Source of the DNA: the human T2T-CHM13v2.0 reference genome, Homo sapiens
Reading direction: 5' to 3' (one strand)
Length of the DNA stretch: 64,000 nucleotides
NCBI RefSeq assembly: GCF_009914755.1
Contig: NC_060938.1
The notes under the pieces were generated by a model. It made no database searches. It was not told the origin of the DNA and worked only from the letters and a program-made list of their open reading frames with translations. Shown piece after piece: positions 1 through 15,260 of this stretch (positions are counted from its first letter, which is position 1; each line of letters starts with the position of its first letter). Both the position numbers and the translations under genes were made by a program.

Positions 1-3000
1 GTTTCCATTTGAACTATAGGACAAAAGATGTTACACAAGATGTACATCTCCAAGAAACAGACTCCACATTTCCAAGACAGGGACTGTACCTTTCTAAGAC
101 ACAGACTGTTGCAAAAGCAGATAGAGAATAACTCAAGACAGTACTACAAGGTGAAATTTTGGTCTAGGCTACCAAATATCACATCAGTACATTGGATTTT
201 TGAGATGTATACAAGTTAAGTGCAAGAAGGTCTACCAGTTCTTTTATGTCACATTGAGTTCTTAGTTATCTGTTTTATTAACTCAATCTTATCTCTACAT
301 AATTAAAAATGTTTTAAAACTTTTTTACCTGTGCCTTGTGTACATGCAGATAATCACAAATTTATAAGTGTTCATGGACCACCTCCTACCATATGTTCCC
401 TCTTACACCCCAAAGGTAACTACTGACATGACTTCCAATACCCAAGATTAGTTTTGTCTGTTTTAGAATTTTATAGAAATGGAATAATCCATTATTTATT
501 TGTATGTGTGTGTTGTGTGTATGTGATTTGTTCATGGTGTTGAGGATAACTGTACTTTGTTTTTTTATTGCTGTGCCTATTCTACCAAATGAATGTACCA
601 TAGTTTACCTATCCATTCTATTATTAGTGGACTTTTGGATTAATCCCACTTTCTGGCTTTTATATATAATGTTCCTGTGAACATCCTTGTATATGTCTTT
701 TGGTGCATACTTGCATACATTTCTGTTAGGTGCCTAAGGTGGAATTCCTGGATTGGAGGATGTACATATATCCAACTTTAATGGATAATGGCAAACAGCT
801 TTCCAAAGTAGCTGTATTAATTTGTCCTCTCATTAATAGTGTATGAGAGTTCTTTTTGTCTTATTTTCCACATTTTGGTTATTATTTGTTTTGATGGTTT
901 TAAAAATTTTAGCCATTTTCAAGGGTGTGTAGAAGTATCTTATGATTATAATTTGCATTTCCCTGATTACTAGTGAAGCTGAACATTTCTTCCTATGTTT
1001 ATTTGCCATTTGAACATCCTCTTATATGATCTTGGTCAGTTATATATGTTGCAAATATCTTGTTTTTTTATTTTCTGAATAATGTCTTATCATTAAATAA
1101 AGTTATTTTAATATTATCAACTTAGCATTCTTTGTCTTCATATTTAATCCTTTTCATGTCCTATCTAAGAAAATCCTTCCCTACCCCAAAATTATAATGC
1201 TTTTTTGTCATCTTCTATAATCTTTGTTTTTCATCTTTTAGATGTATCTGGAATTAATTTTTCTATATGGTATGAGGTAACGGCCAATCTCTTCTCTTAT
1301 GGATAGCCAGTTGGCTCAACATTATTTATTGAAAATATTATTCTTTCCTTACTATTCTGTGGTACCATTTTTGTCATAAATCAAGTGTCTATTTAAAAAT
1401 GATTCTGTCTCTGGATTCTTAGTTCAACTGGTTTATTTCTCCTTTTACCAATACCATACTCTTTTAATTACTGTAGCTTAATAATAAAATTTTAAATCCA
1501 CCTGTGCAAGTCCTTTACCTTGTTATTATTGCTCTCTTCATCTTCCTTGTCTTCACCTACCTTCTCCTCTTTCTGTTCTTTCTCCTCCTCCTCCTTCATT
1601 TCTTCCTCCTCCTTCAATAATATCTTGCCTATTCCTAGCTGTTTGCTAAGTTAAAAAATTTGTCAAGTTAAACATATACAAACACTCATACTGCTAGGAT
1701 TTTGATTGGGATTGTCTTGAGTCTGTGTTGAGATAATCTTGATCAATTTGGGAAACTGACTTCTTTATAATATTGAATCTTCCAATCCATGAACATGGTA
1801 TATCTCTTCATTTATTTAGGCTTTTTTAAGTTGCCCTCAATCCTTTTTCTAGTTTTCTACTAGATGTAGATGTGTAGATGTCTTGCATATCTCTCATGTA
1901 GTTTATTCCTAGATATTTATTTTTAGAATATTATTGTCAATTATATATGTTCTAAAAATTACATTGTCTAACTCTTTGTTGCTAGTATGTAGATGCAATT
2001 AATTTTTAGTATATTGGTCTTGTATCCAGCAACTTTGCTAAGTCACTTTTCACTTCTAATAATTTATTATGGTAGTCTTGCTTAAAAATTACTTTAATAT
2101 GCACAATTATATTATTGTTGAATAATACACATTTAATATCTCTTTCTCAATCCATAAGCCTTTTATGTCTTCTTGCCTTATTGCAGTGACTTAAATCTCA
2201 CTGCTATGCTGATTCCTAAATCCTGTGCTATGCTGATTTCTAAATGCTTCATGGTTTCTTCTTTGACCCATGGGTCATTTAGAAGGAGATTTATAGCTTT
2301 ATCCTTCTGTGGTCAGATAACATACTTTGTATTATTTCATTCCATTGCCATTTTTAACACTTTCTTTAGGGTTGAACATATGGTCATTTTTGTAAATGTT
2401 CCTGTGTAAAGAACTTAAAAAGAACTCAAGAATGTAAAAAGAACTTCTATTTGGCAGTTGTTTGTGCAGTGTTCTACATGTGTCAATGAAATTAAATTTG
2501 TAATTGTTTAATTCAAATCCTGTATATTCTCATGATATTTTTGCCCATTTCTTCTATCTGTTACCAAGAGCAGGGTGTTAAAAATCTCTTACTATGACTG
2601 TGGATTTGTCTATTCCTCTTTGTAGTTCTGTCAATGTTTGTTTTATATATTTTCAGGCTGCATTATTAGGTGTATACAAGTTTAGAATGCAGTATCTTCC
2701 CAGCTAATTGAAACTTTTACCATTACAAAGTGCATGTCTTTATCTCTTCTAATACTTTTTGTGTTAAAATCTACTTTGTCTTATACTAATGTAGCTATAC
2801 CAGCTTTCATGAGTGTTTGCATGGTATAACTTTTCCCATCTTTTAATTTTCAATTTTTTTGTATTCTTATATTTTATGTGTGTCTTGTAATCAGCATATA
2901 GTTCTTTAAACTCAATACTTACGATTTTTACCTTTTAATTGGAGCATTTAGCCCATATATATGTAATGTAGTTACTGGTATATTTGACTTTAAATCCACA

Positions 3001-3524
3001 ATTTTCTATTGTGATCTATTTTTCCTGCTTCTTTTTTCTTTTTTCTCTCTCTCTTTTTTTTTTGCCTCTTTTGCACTAAGTATATTTAAATATTTCATCA
3101 CCCCATCTTTGGCTTTGTAAGTTATTTAGTCCTCTACTATTCTTTCAATCATTACCCTAGAGATTATATCATGCATTCTTGACTTATCAGTGTCCAGTAT
3201 AAAGTAGTACTTTTATATTGCTGCGTAAAGTGGCAGAAAATTTTAACTCCATTTACTCCCTCCTGACTTCCATGCTATACTTTATTTTATATATATACAT
3301 ATTATATATTCTACAAAACATAATTACTGTTGTTCAGTGCATCAGTTAGATTATATTTTCCTTTTTCTTGCTATTTTCCCCTTTTTGTATCTCTAAGCTC
3401 CTATCTGGGATTGAAGTTTTTTAAAATAATATCCTTTTATATTTCCTTTAGTGCCATTCTACTGAAGATACGTTTTCTCAGTTAGTGTTTGTCTGAAAAT
3501 GTTTGTTTTGCCTTTGTTTCTTAA

Positions 3525-3760
<236 letters not shown>

Positions 3761-5510
3761 GCCTTGATTGGCAGTCATTTTATTTTTCATACTTTGAAGG
3801 TATTTCATGATTTTCTCATTTTCATTGTTTCTATAAAAAATTGACTATCAAAGTCAATTGCCAATTATTACTCTTTTGAAGATAAACATTTTTTTCTTTG
3901 TCTTAAAAGTTTTCTCTTTATTTTTTATTTTTGGCAGCTTTACTATGATATATCTAGTTATGATATTATGTATGTTTGTCTTTTTGGAGGGGTTCATAGG
4001 ACTTGATCTGTGGCTTGATGTATTTTGTCACTGGAAAATTGTCAGGCTTATCTCTCTTTTGTTAGTGATAGTACTTTATTAAGGTATATTTTACATAAGT
4101 TAGATGCACAAGTATCAAATGTACAGCTGGGTCAATTATGACAAATGTATAATGCTCATGTAGTCGTCATCCAAAAAAGACAATGGAATGTTTCCATCAA
4201 CCCAGAAAATAATGGTATGCCTTTTCCAAACACCATCCCCTTCTCTCATTCTGAAGTGATCACTATTCTGGTTTCTACATAATTCATATATTCATCTAAT
4301 TCAGGTATTCAGGTAAATGGAGATCAAACATGATACATTTTTTCATTTCTGAATCCATTCAGTCAACATATTACTGAGATTAGTCCATGTTAGTGGATAT
4401 TAGTAGTTCTTTTTTTTATTGCTAAGTATTCCATTGCATGGATATGTCATTTGTTTATCAACCTTCCTATTGATGTATATTTGGGTTGTTTTCAGTTTTT
4501 AGCCAATATACATAAAGCTGCTATGAATATCTTATACAAGTTTTTTTGTGGACTTACGCATTTATTTCTCTTGGGTATATACCTAGGACTGGAATTCCTG
4601 GGTCATAGAGTTTATAAGAAGTATCTAAACAGTTTTCTAAAGTGTTTATGCCATTTTACATTTCATCCAACAATTTATGAGAGTTTCAGTTGCTCTCCAC
4701 TCTGCTATCACTTGCAATTGTCTGTGTTTTTAATTTTAGCCATTCTGGTGAGTGTGTATCTTGTGGCTTTAATTTAAATTTCTTTGATGACTGCTGTTGA
4801 GCACATTTTTATATAATTATTGGTTATTCCTATATCTTATGAAGTACCTGAGAAAGTCTTTTACCAATTATTGATTGGGTTCTTTATCTTCTTTGTTGTT
4901 GATATGTAGTTGTTCTTTATTTAGTTTGATACAAGTCATTTGTCAGATTTATATAATACAAATATTTTATTCCAGTCTTGGGGTTACTCTTTTATTTTCT
5001 TAACAGTGTCTATTTTGATGAGCATGAGTTTTTAATCTGGTAAACTGAAATTTATCATTTTTGCTCTTATGGTCAATGCCTTTCATGTCCTGTCTAAGAA
5101 GTCTTTGCCTTCTCCAAGACTGTGAAGATTTTCTCCTTCCAGAAGGTCTATATTTCCATTTAAGTCTATGATCTGTCTTAAGTTTAATTTTTGTGTATGA
5201 TGGCTATGGCTTATTGTCTTCCTTATGATTTATATTTCCTTATTTCCAGTGCCCTTTGTTGAAAAGATTATTTTCTCCCCTTTGAATTATATTGGCCCCT
5301 TGGTCATATTTTTGTGGGTTTATTTATGGACTGTGTTTGTTTTCATTTATTTGTATCTCTGTCTGTACACCAATACAATTGTCTTAAATACTTTTATGTT
5401 ATAGCCTTGAAATCAGATAGTTCAAATCTCTATATTTGTTCTTTTTCTTTGACTACTTTGGCTATTTTAGAGACTTTGCATTTCCATTTAAATTTTAGCA
5501 TCAGCTTTCA

Positions 5511-5727
<217 letters not shown>

Positions 5728-6250
5728 GAATTTCTGCCAAAATAATCCTGCTGGGATTTTAATCTGGATTGTGTTAATCTGTGATTCCATTTGGAAAGAA
5801 ATGGCATCTTAACAATATTGGATTTTTGAATCCATGAATGTGGTATATCTTTCTATTAGTTAGGTCTTTTAAAATTTCTCTCAGTGGTGCTCTGTATTTT
5901 TCACTGTAGAAGTCTTACATTTCTTTTGTTAAATGAATTCCTAGGTGTTTGAATTTTTTTATGCCATTGTAAATGGCATTATTTTAAAATTTAATTTCCA
6001 ATTGTTTATTGCTTGTGTAAGGAAATCCAATTGAGTTTAACATATTGATCTTTTATCTCATGAGTTTGCTAAATTCAATTATTAGTTCTAGTAGTTTGTT
6101 TATTAGTTGGATTTTCTATATAGGCAATGGTGTCATCTGTGCTACTTCCTTTCAAATCTTTATATCACTTATTGCTGTTTTCTTTCTTTGTTTTATTGTC
6201 CAGTACTTTCACAACAGAGTCTGTTGAATAGAATTGATAAGAATGGATAT

Positions 6251-8610
6251 TGCGTTAGTCTGTTTTCACACCACTAAAAAGAAATACCTGAAACTTGTTA
6301 ATTTATAAAGAAAAGAGGCTTAATTGGCTCATGGTTCTGTGGGATATGCAGGTTTCTGCTTCTGGGGAGACCTCAGGAAACTTACAATAATGGCAGAAGG
6401 TGCAGGGGAAGAAGGCACATCTTCACATGGCTGGTGGGGGAAGTGTGTACACATCCTTTTAAACAACCAATTCTCTGAGCACTCACTCACTATCATGAGA
6501 GCAGCAAGGGGGAAATCCACCCCCATGATCCAATCACCCCTCACCAGGCCCCTCCTCCAACCATGGGAATTACAATTCAACATGAGATTTGGGTGAGGAC
6601 ACAAATCCAAATCATATAATTCCACCCTTGGCCCCTCCAAAATATCATGTCCTTTTCACATTTCAAAACACAATCATGCCTTCCCAACAGTCTTCCAAAG
6701 TCTTAACTCATTGCAGCATTAACTCAGAAGTCAACAGCCTGAAGTCTTATCTGAGATAAGGCATGTCTCTTCCACCTATGATCCTGTAAAATAAAAAACA
6801 AGTTAGTTACTTACAGATTATAATGGGGATACAGGCACTGGGTAAATACTCCCTTTTCAAAAGGGAGAAATTGGCCAAAACAAAGGGGCTACATGGCCCA
6901 TGAAGTCCGAAACCCAGCAGCGCAGTCATTAAATTTTAAAGCTCCAAAATAATCTGCTTTGACTCCATGTATCACATCCAGGCCACACTAATGCAAGGGG
7001 TTGGCTCCCAAGGCCTTGGGCAGCTCTGCCCCTGTGGTTCTGCAAGGTACATCCTCTGCAGCTGCTTTCATGGGCTGGTGTTGAGTACCCGCAGCTTTTC
7101 CAGGTGCATGGTGCAAGCCATCGTTGGATCTACCATTCTGGGGTCTGGGGGACAGTGGACCTCTTCTCACAGCTCCACTAGACAGTGCCCCCATAGGGAC
7201 TCTGTGTACGGGCTTCAACTCTGTATTGCCCTAGTAGAGGTTCTCCGTGAACGCTCTATCCCTGCAGCAGACTTCTGCCTGGACATCCAGGCATTTCCAT
7301 ACATCCTCTGAAATCTAGGCACCGGCTCCCAAGCCTCAACTCTTGCCCTCTGCATATCCTCTGGCTTAACACCACATGGAAGCCACAGAGGATTATGGCT
7401 TGCACTCTCTGGAGCAGTGGTCTGAGATGTATTTGGAGCCCTTTTAGCCACAGCTGGAGCTGGAGTGGCTATAATACAGAGAACAGTGTCCTGAGGTTGT
7501 GCAGGGCAGTGGGGCCCTGCCCATGAAACCATTCTTCCCTCCTAGGCCTTGGGGCCTGCCGTGTGAGGTGGTGTCACAAAGTTCTCTGAAATGCCTTCAA
7601 GAAATTTTCCCCATTGTCTTGGATATTAACATTTGGTTCCTCTTTACTTATGCAAATTTCTGCAGCTGGCTTGAATTCCTCCCCAGAAAATGGGTTTTTA
7701 TTTTTACCACATGGTCAGGCTGCAAATTTTCCAAATTTTTATGTTCTGCTTCCCTTTTAAATATTAAGTTTCAGTTTTGGATAATCTCTTTGCTTATGAA
7801 TGTAAGTATGCACTGTTAGAAGCAGCTTGGCCACATTGTGAATGCTTTGCTGCTTAGAAATTTCTTCTGACAGATACCTTAAATCATCTCTCTCAAATTC
7901 AAAGTTCTACAGATCCCTAGAGCAGCGGCACAATTCTGCCATTCTCTTTGTTGAAGGATAGCAAGAGTGACCTTTACTCCAGTTCTCAATAAGTTCCTCA
8001 TCTCCATCGGAGACTGCCTCAGCCTGGAATTCATTGTCCATATCACTATCAGCATCTTGGTCACAACAATTTAACAAGTCTCTAGGAAGTTCCAAACTTT
8101 CTGTCATTTTCCTGTCTTCTTCTGAGCCTTCCCAACTGTTCCAACCTTTGCCCGTTACCCAGTTCCAAAGTGGCTTCCACATTTTCAGGTATCTTTATAG
8201 CAATGCCCCACTTCTCTAGTATGAATTTCCTGTATTAGTTTGTTCACACACTGCTATAAAGAAATACCTGCAACTGGGTAGTTTATAAAGAAAAGAGGTT
8301 TAATTGGCTCATGGTTCTGTGGGTTATATTGGCTTCTGCTTCTGCGGAGGCCTCAGGAAACTTACAATCATGGCAGAAGGTAAGGGGGAAGCGGGCACAT
8401 CTTCAAGCGGTGGCAGGAGGGAGAGGTGGTGGGGAGGTGCCACGCACTTTTAGACAACCAACTCTCTGTGCACTCACTCACTATTATGAGAACAGCAAAG
8501 GGGAAATCCACTCCCACGATCTAGTCACCTTCCACTGGGCTGCTCCTCCAACACTGAGGATTACAATTTGACATGAGATTTGAGTGAGGAAACAAATCCA
8601 AGCCATATTA
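6251..8610 (-). mobile_element. Full-length ERVL-MaLR provirus (MSTA/THE1D-like): LTRs 6251-6619 and 8231-8610
   Basis: Two homologous LTRs flank about 1.6 kb of MaLR internal sequence; 5-bp TSD GATAT at 6246-6250 and 8611-8615; inserted into an L1. Confidence 0.92.
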
Positions 8611-8750
8611 GATATGGTTGCTTTGTTCCTAACTTGAGGGAATATTTCACCATTAAGCATGCTATTAGCTGTAGGGTTTTGCAAATCTCCTTTATATCAG
8701 TTTCAGAAAGTTAAATTTTATTTCCAGTTGACTTAGATATTTTATTCTGA

Positions 8751-9067
<317 letters not shown>

Positions 9068-9069
9068 AG

Positions 9070-10490
9070 TTCTTAAATTTCACCAAATGCTTACATAAAC
9101 TAAAACAAATAAACAAAAAACAGAAAAATGATAAAAGTTGTGTTCTGTATGTATCATTGTTTTCTGCTTTTATCTTTACTATCTTGTTTCTTTTACTTTC
9201 TTGAATTTAATTTTTTCTTCTTTTTCCTGGCTTCTTGGGATTAAAAAATTAGATTGTTTATTTCCAACATTAATTTTTTTCTAATTATCCATTTAAAATT
9301 ACCAACTTCCCTCTAAGTTCTATATTTGCTGCATCCCACAAATTTTGATATTTTGGGTCTTTACTAGCATTCATTTAAAAATATTTAAACACTTTAATTG
9401 CTCTATCTTTATTGCCTGTGTTATTTAGGAGAGTAGTTTAACTTGCAAATATCTGGGCTCTAGTTACCTTTTTGTTTTGATATCTATGGTAATTCCATTG
9501 TAATTAGTGAACATTGCTTCTCTCATTTAACTCTTTAAACGTATCAATTCATTGTATCCAATAGGAAATTACATATTATTCTTGTAATTGTACCTCTGAA
9601 TGTAGTATGATATTTTTCTCTGCCTCTTTGAAAGATTTTCTGTTTATTTTTGGTATTTAGTACTTTCATTATGTTCTGCTTGAGTGTGGTGGTTTTTGTA
9701 CTTATTTTGCTTGGGGTTTGCTGAGCTTCTCGAATCTGTGGTTTTATGTTCTTCATCAGTTTTGGAAAAATTTGGGATATTATTCTATCCAGGTATTTAT
9801 TCTGCCATTTCTGTTTTCTCCTCTCATTCTGGGACTTTAAAAAAATATTTGGTACTTTTTCCAGAGGTATCAAATACTCCATTTTTAAAAAATGTTTACC
9901 TGTGCATTAGTTTGGATTTGTATTAATTTTTCAAGTTCACTGATCCTTTCTTCTGCTGCGTCCAATATTTTTTAAAAGTCCAGTCAATGAGTTAGTAATT
10001 TTATATATGCTATCTTTTCTAATTATGTTTTTAGGTCTAGAATTTTCTTTTAGCTATTTTTTACAGTTTTCATCTCTCTCTGGGAATTTTCATCTGAATG
10101 ATCTATTTCTGTATATTCTTTAACATATTTGAACTACTTATTTTAAAATTCTTATTTTTAATTTGAAATGAGTCTAGGTCATTTGCTTCTTTTCACTCTT
10201 CCTCTTGATTATGGATCACATTTTCTAGTCCTTTCACATGTCTTGTAAATTTTTTATTGTATGATGGACATTGTAAAGAATATGTTGTAGAGACTCTGAA
10301 CTATTTTATTTATTCTAAAAAGCATTGTATTTTGTGTTTTGTATTTGCTGGTGTGAAGTTACTGGTGGATCACCTTCTTGCATCAAGGCTTAGCTTTATT
10401 TATTTTTATTTTAAATTTTCAGATTTTATAGGCTTCTTGATCTCTAGTCTTTTAAAACAAATTTTACTTGTACATATTTTTGTTTTTTTG
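9070..10490 (-). mobile_element. L1 remnant including ORF1-like sequence
   Basis: ORF 9544..9882 (FPKLMKNIKPQIREAQQTPSKI) resembles L1 ORF1p. Confidence 0.75.
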
Positions 10491-10493
10491 TTT

Positions 10494-10841
10494 TTCCCTC
10501 CCTCCCTCCCTCCCTTCCTTCCTTCTTTCCTTCCTTCCTTCCTTCTTTCCTTCCTTCCTTCCTAACATGGTCTCACTCTTGCCTAGGCTGGAGTGCAATG
10601 GCATCACAATCATAGCTCACTGCAATCTTGAACTCCTGAGATCAAGTGATCTTCCCACCTCAGCCTCCTAAGTAGCTGGAACTACAGGCATGACCAACAC
10701 ACCTGGCTAATTTTTTATTATTTGTAGAGATGGGCCTCCCTATGTTGTCCAAGCTGGTCTCAAAATCCTGGGTTCAAGTGATCCTCCTGCCTCAGCCTCC
10801 CAAAGTGCTGGGATTACAGACATGAGACCCTGTGTCTGGCC
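10494..10841 (-). mobile_element. AluJ with (TTCC)n tail-derived repeat
   Basis: AluJ-type sequence (ctcctgggttcaagtgatcctcc) preceded by a CCTT repeat. Confidence 0.88.
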
Positions 10842-11259
10842 TAATTGTACCTTTTTATGGGATATAAAGTATCCCATACATTTTTGTTATGGCCTGATAT
10901 TTTGTTACCTGCACAGACTGTGTAATGATCAAGTCATGGTATTTGGGGTGTCCATCACCTCAAGGATTTATTATTTCTATGCATTGGGGACATTTCAAGT
11001 CGTCTCTTCTAGGTGTTTTGAAATATTGAAATATACAATACATTGTTGTTAAATATAGTCAACCTACTCTACTATCAAATATTGGAACTTATTCCTTCTA
11101 TCTGTTTGTACCTGTTAACCAGCCTCTCCTTCTCTGCCCTTCTCTTCCCAAGGACTTAAATTTATAACTTGTTAAGCCAAGTATATTTCAGTTTTGCCTT
11201 TAGTCCTAGTGTATAACTATGACTCCTATAGCATTATCTTCAATATTTGTGTTATGTAG

Positions 11260-11660
11260 TAAAAGCAGTGTTTAGAGGGATATTTACAGCACTGAAGACA
11301 TACAGTAGAAAGAAGGAACATGTAAAATCAATGCTATAGTCTTCTACTTTAGGAAACTAGAGAAAGAAGAGCAATTTAAGCCTGAAGTAAGCATAAGAAA
11401 ATAAATAACAAAAATTAGAGAACAAGTCAGTAAGATTTAAAACAGGAAAACATAGAGAAAAATCAACAAAATTAAAAACTGTTTTTTAAAAAATCAATAA
11501 GCTTCTAGCCAGTCTAACCAGGGAAAAAGGAAAAGACATTAGACACACATTTCTAATATCAGAAAGGAAATAGATATTATTATTTCCTGATCTCATGGAC
11601 ATTAAAAGGATAGTGAAGGATTACTATGAACAACCCTATGTCTACAAATTTATAAACTTA
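11260..11660 (+). mobile_element. Sense-oriented L1 ORF2 fragment
   Basis: A-rich aggaaactagagaaagaagagcaa...tactatgaacaac typical of L1 ORF2; opposite orientation to flanking L1s. Confidence 0.75.
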
Positions 11661-12344
11661 GGTCTAGAGCACGGTCTTTATTCCTAAGGTGTGACCTATC
11701 TGTTACAAACTATTGTCTCCTGAATTTCTGATGTGTTCACTAAAGCTCTTTGCTTTGGCTACATTGGAAATACAACATATATCTAGCCCTTTGTGACCTC
11801 CAAAATCTCTGTTCTGCTTTCAACCATTGAGCAGAGTTCTCTGCTAGTCCTTGCAGAAGTTTGCTCTGAGCACATGCGGGCCAAAGACCTGAGGGATGCC
11901 CTTCCACTGATCTGTGATACCTCTTCTTGGTAGCTCTCCTCTGTTCTCTACCTTTACTCACAAATTCCATCCGCCTTAGCATTTCTTTATTTTGATTTCT
12001 CTACCCACTGAAAATCTGTTTCTTCTACCCACCAAAAACGCTGATTTCTTACTGAGTTCCATTTTTCTATGCTGCATTTTGGAAATATCACCAGGCAGAA
12101 AGCCAAGGTGAATGTAGAACTTAACTTGTATGCTTTACTTTTTAAAAAAGAGAGCAGCCCTGTGCTGTATCTATGCCCAATGTCTGAAACCAGTTTGTCC
12201 AGTGGAAAGATAAGTTCAATACCAGCTTTTTATTATGGTTGTAACTGGAAGTTTCCTTATCTCTTCAAAAGTGGCTTCTGACACATTCTCATCCCTCTTT
12301 CTGGAATTCTAATGGCATTTATGTTAGACCTTTCTCTCGTACAT

Positions 12345-12581
12345 CCTTTTATGCATATTTTTTGTATTCCCCGTCCCCCACCATTTCATCTTTCTGTGCT
12401 TCACACTGAATCTGTTTCTGACATGTCTTCCTGTTCTCAAATTCTTGATCCTCCTAATTATGTTTTAAATTTTGATTATTATATATCTTTTCTTTCTAAA
12501 GTTTTGTAGCCTTTGACCAACATTCCCCAAATTCTACCCCCCATTATATTTTTCACTTCTAGAATTTCCATTTGGTCCATA

Positions 12582-12612
<31 letters not shown>
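12345..12612 (+). repeat. Copy 1 of a local ~270-bp direct duplication ending in (TG)n
   Basis: Aligns by eye with 14971-15260. Confidence 0.92.
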
Positions 12613-13646
12613 ATTTCCAGTTCTTTGATGATATTCTCTTATCTTCTACTTTATAGAACATATTAAGCATAATTATTTTAAAATCTGTTTCTGATGACTC
12701 AGTGTTCTGGATCCCTGGAGATTCTGATTCTCTTGTCTGTTGTTTCTTTTGTTTTGTTTTCTTGTCTTCTTGTTTGTGTGGTTGTTTTTTATTGTGTTCA
12801 AGACAATAGATATAAAAACTATAAACCTAATTTGAGACTTAGTATGATGGATTCCTTCAGAGAGAACTTAATTTTGCTTCTGGTGAAAGGGTATAATTCT
12901 TAGGTCAGATTTTCATTGTTTGTGCTCTGTGGCTACTGTAACCACTAATTTCATATATTTATCTTTCCCTCTATATTCTTACCTTCTCAGGTTTGCTTAC
13001 CCTTTGTGTGTATATGTGAAGTTACCAATGAACTTTTTGCTCATTTTTAAATTGGGGTGTTTATTTTATTATCTTATTATATTGTATGTTCAAAATATAA
13101 GACTTTTGTCAACATAATGTGAATATGCTCTCTCATTCAGGGGCTTCCCTGTTGAAGTATTTCAAAGAGAAGGAGATTTTAATTTTGATAAATTAATTGA
13201 AATTTATCTTTTTTTTTTCTTTTGTGGTCCTTTTTTTGGTCTCTCCTAAGGTTGTAAAGAAATTCTATGCTTCTAGAAGTTACATAGTTTAAGATTTTAC
13301 ATCTAAGTATATGATCTATTTGGAATCAATTTTAGTATATAGCAAGAGGTAAGGGTTGGATTTGTTTTTCCTTTAAGGATATCCAGTTGTTTCAGTTCAA
13401 TTTGTTGAAAAGAGTATCTTTTCCGTATTGAATTACCTTGACCCTTTTGTTGAATAATAATTAACCATATATGTATGTGTCTATTTCTAAACTCTCTATT
13501 TTGTTTCATTGTCTATCCTTATACCAATATCACATAATCTTGATTACTGTAGCTTTACGGTGTATTTTAGAATCATGTAGTATAAATCCTCTAGATTTGC
13601 TCTTTTAAAAATTTTATGGGCTATTTTAATACATAAAATTATGTAG

Positions 13647-14066
<420 letters not shown>

Positions 14067-14471
14067 TCTGCTTGGATTTTTGAATGAGATTACATTGACT
14101 ATATAGTTTAATTTGGGGAGAATTGACATCTTAACAATATTGAGTCTTTTCATCCATGAACATGGTATATTTATCCATTTATTTAGGTCTTCTTTAATTT
14201 CTTTCAGCAATATTTGCTGGTTTTTAGTGTACAGATATTATATTTTGTTAAAGGTGCTCCTAAATATTTTATGATTTTATATGCTATTATAAATAGTGTT
14301 TAAAAATTTTAATCTTCTACTTGTTTATTGGTACTCTACAAATACCCTGCAACCTTGCTAAATTCACTTCTTAGTTTTTGTGGCTTTTTTGTAAGTTTCT
14401 TGAGATTTTCTGTATACCTGATTATGCTCTCTGCAAATAATTTTTTTTCTTTTCTTTCTAATTTGTATGCC

Positions 14472-14661
14472 TTTCTTTTTTCCTTCCTTCCTTCCTTCCT
14501 CCCCTCTCTCCACCCCTCTCTCCCTTTCTCCATCCCTCCCTTCCTTCTTTCCTTCCTTCCTTTCTCTTTCTTTTTCTCCTCTTTTCCTTTTCTCTCTCTC
14601 TTACCCTTCTTTCCTTTCTCCCTTTTTTTCTTTCTATCCTTCTCTTTTTTTTTTTTTTTTT
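14472..14661. repeat. Polypyrimidine low-complexity tract (TTCC/CT/T)
   Basis: About 190 nt almost entirely C/T. Confidence 0.9.
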
Positions 14662-14970
14662 GCACTGCTTAATATCTCCACTTGAATAGAAGTACTGAGA
14701 GTGGACGTCCTTGTTCTTTCTCCCAATCTTTGGGGAGAGTATTTGGGCTTTCACCATTAAATTATTATGTTAACTGTAGGTTTTTCATAGATTTTTTTTT
14801 TTTTACCAGATTGAGGAAATTACTGTCTGTTCTTAGTTTGCTGAGAGCTTTAATCATGAATGTCAGTTTTGGTCAAATGCATTTTCTCTTTCTATTGAGA
14901 TGATTGTATGATTTCTTCCCTTCATTCTGTTAATATGGTAAATTACATTGATTTTCTTGGCAACGTTATG

Positions 14971-15260
14971 CCTTTTATGCCTATTTTTTGTATTCCCCAT
15001 CCCCCACCATTTCATCTTTCTGTGCTTCATACTGAATCTTTTTCTGACATGTCTTCCTGTTCTCAAATTCTTTAGCCTCCTAATTATGTTTTTAATTTTG
15101 GTTATTATATATCTTTTCTTTCTAAAGTTTTGCAGCCTTTGACCAACATTCCCCAAATTCTGCCCCCCTGTTATATTTTTCACTTCTAGAATTTCCATTT
15201 GGTCCATATGTATATGTGAGTGTGTGTGTGTGTGTGTCTGTGTGTGTGTGTGTGTGTGTG
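14971..15260 (+). repeat. Copy 2 of the local direct duplication, embedded in L1 ORF2
   Basis: About a dozen differences from 12345-12612 by eye; ends in (TG)n. Confidence 0.92.

Noticed and set aside
6324-8684. Dense set of 60-114 aa ORFs on both strands
   Set aside because: Chance ORFs in MaLR LTR and internal sequence; no coherent protein.
14328-14757. Overlapping K/R/E-rich and F/S/L-rich ORFs
   Set aside because: Translations of a polypyrimidine simple repeat.
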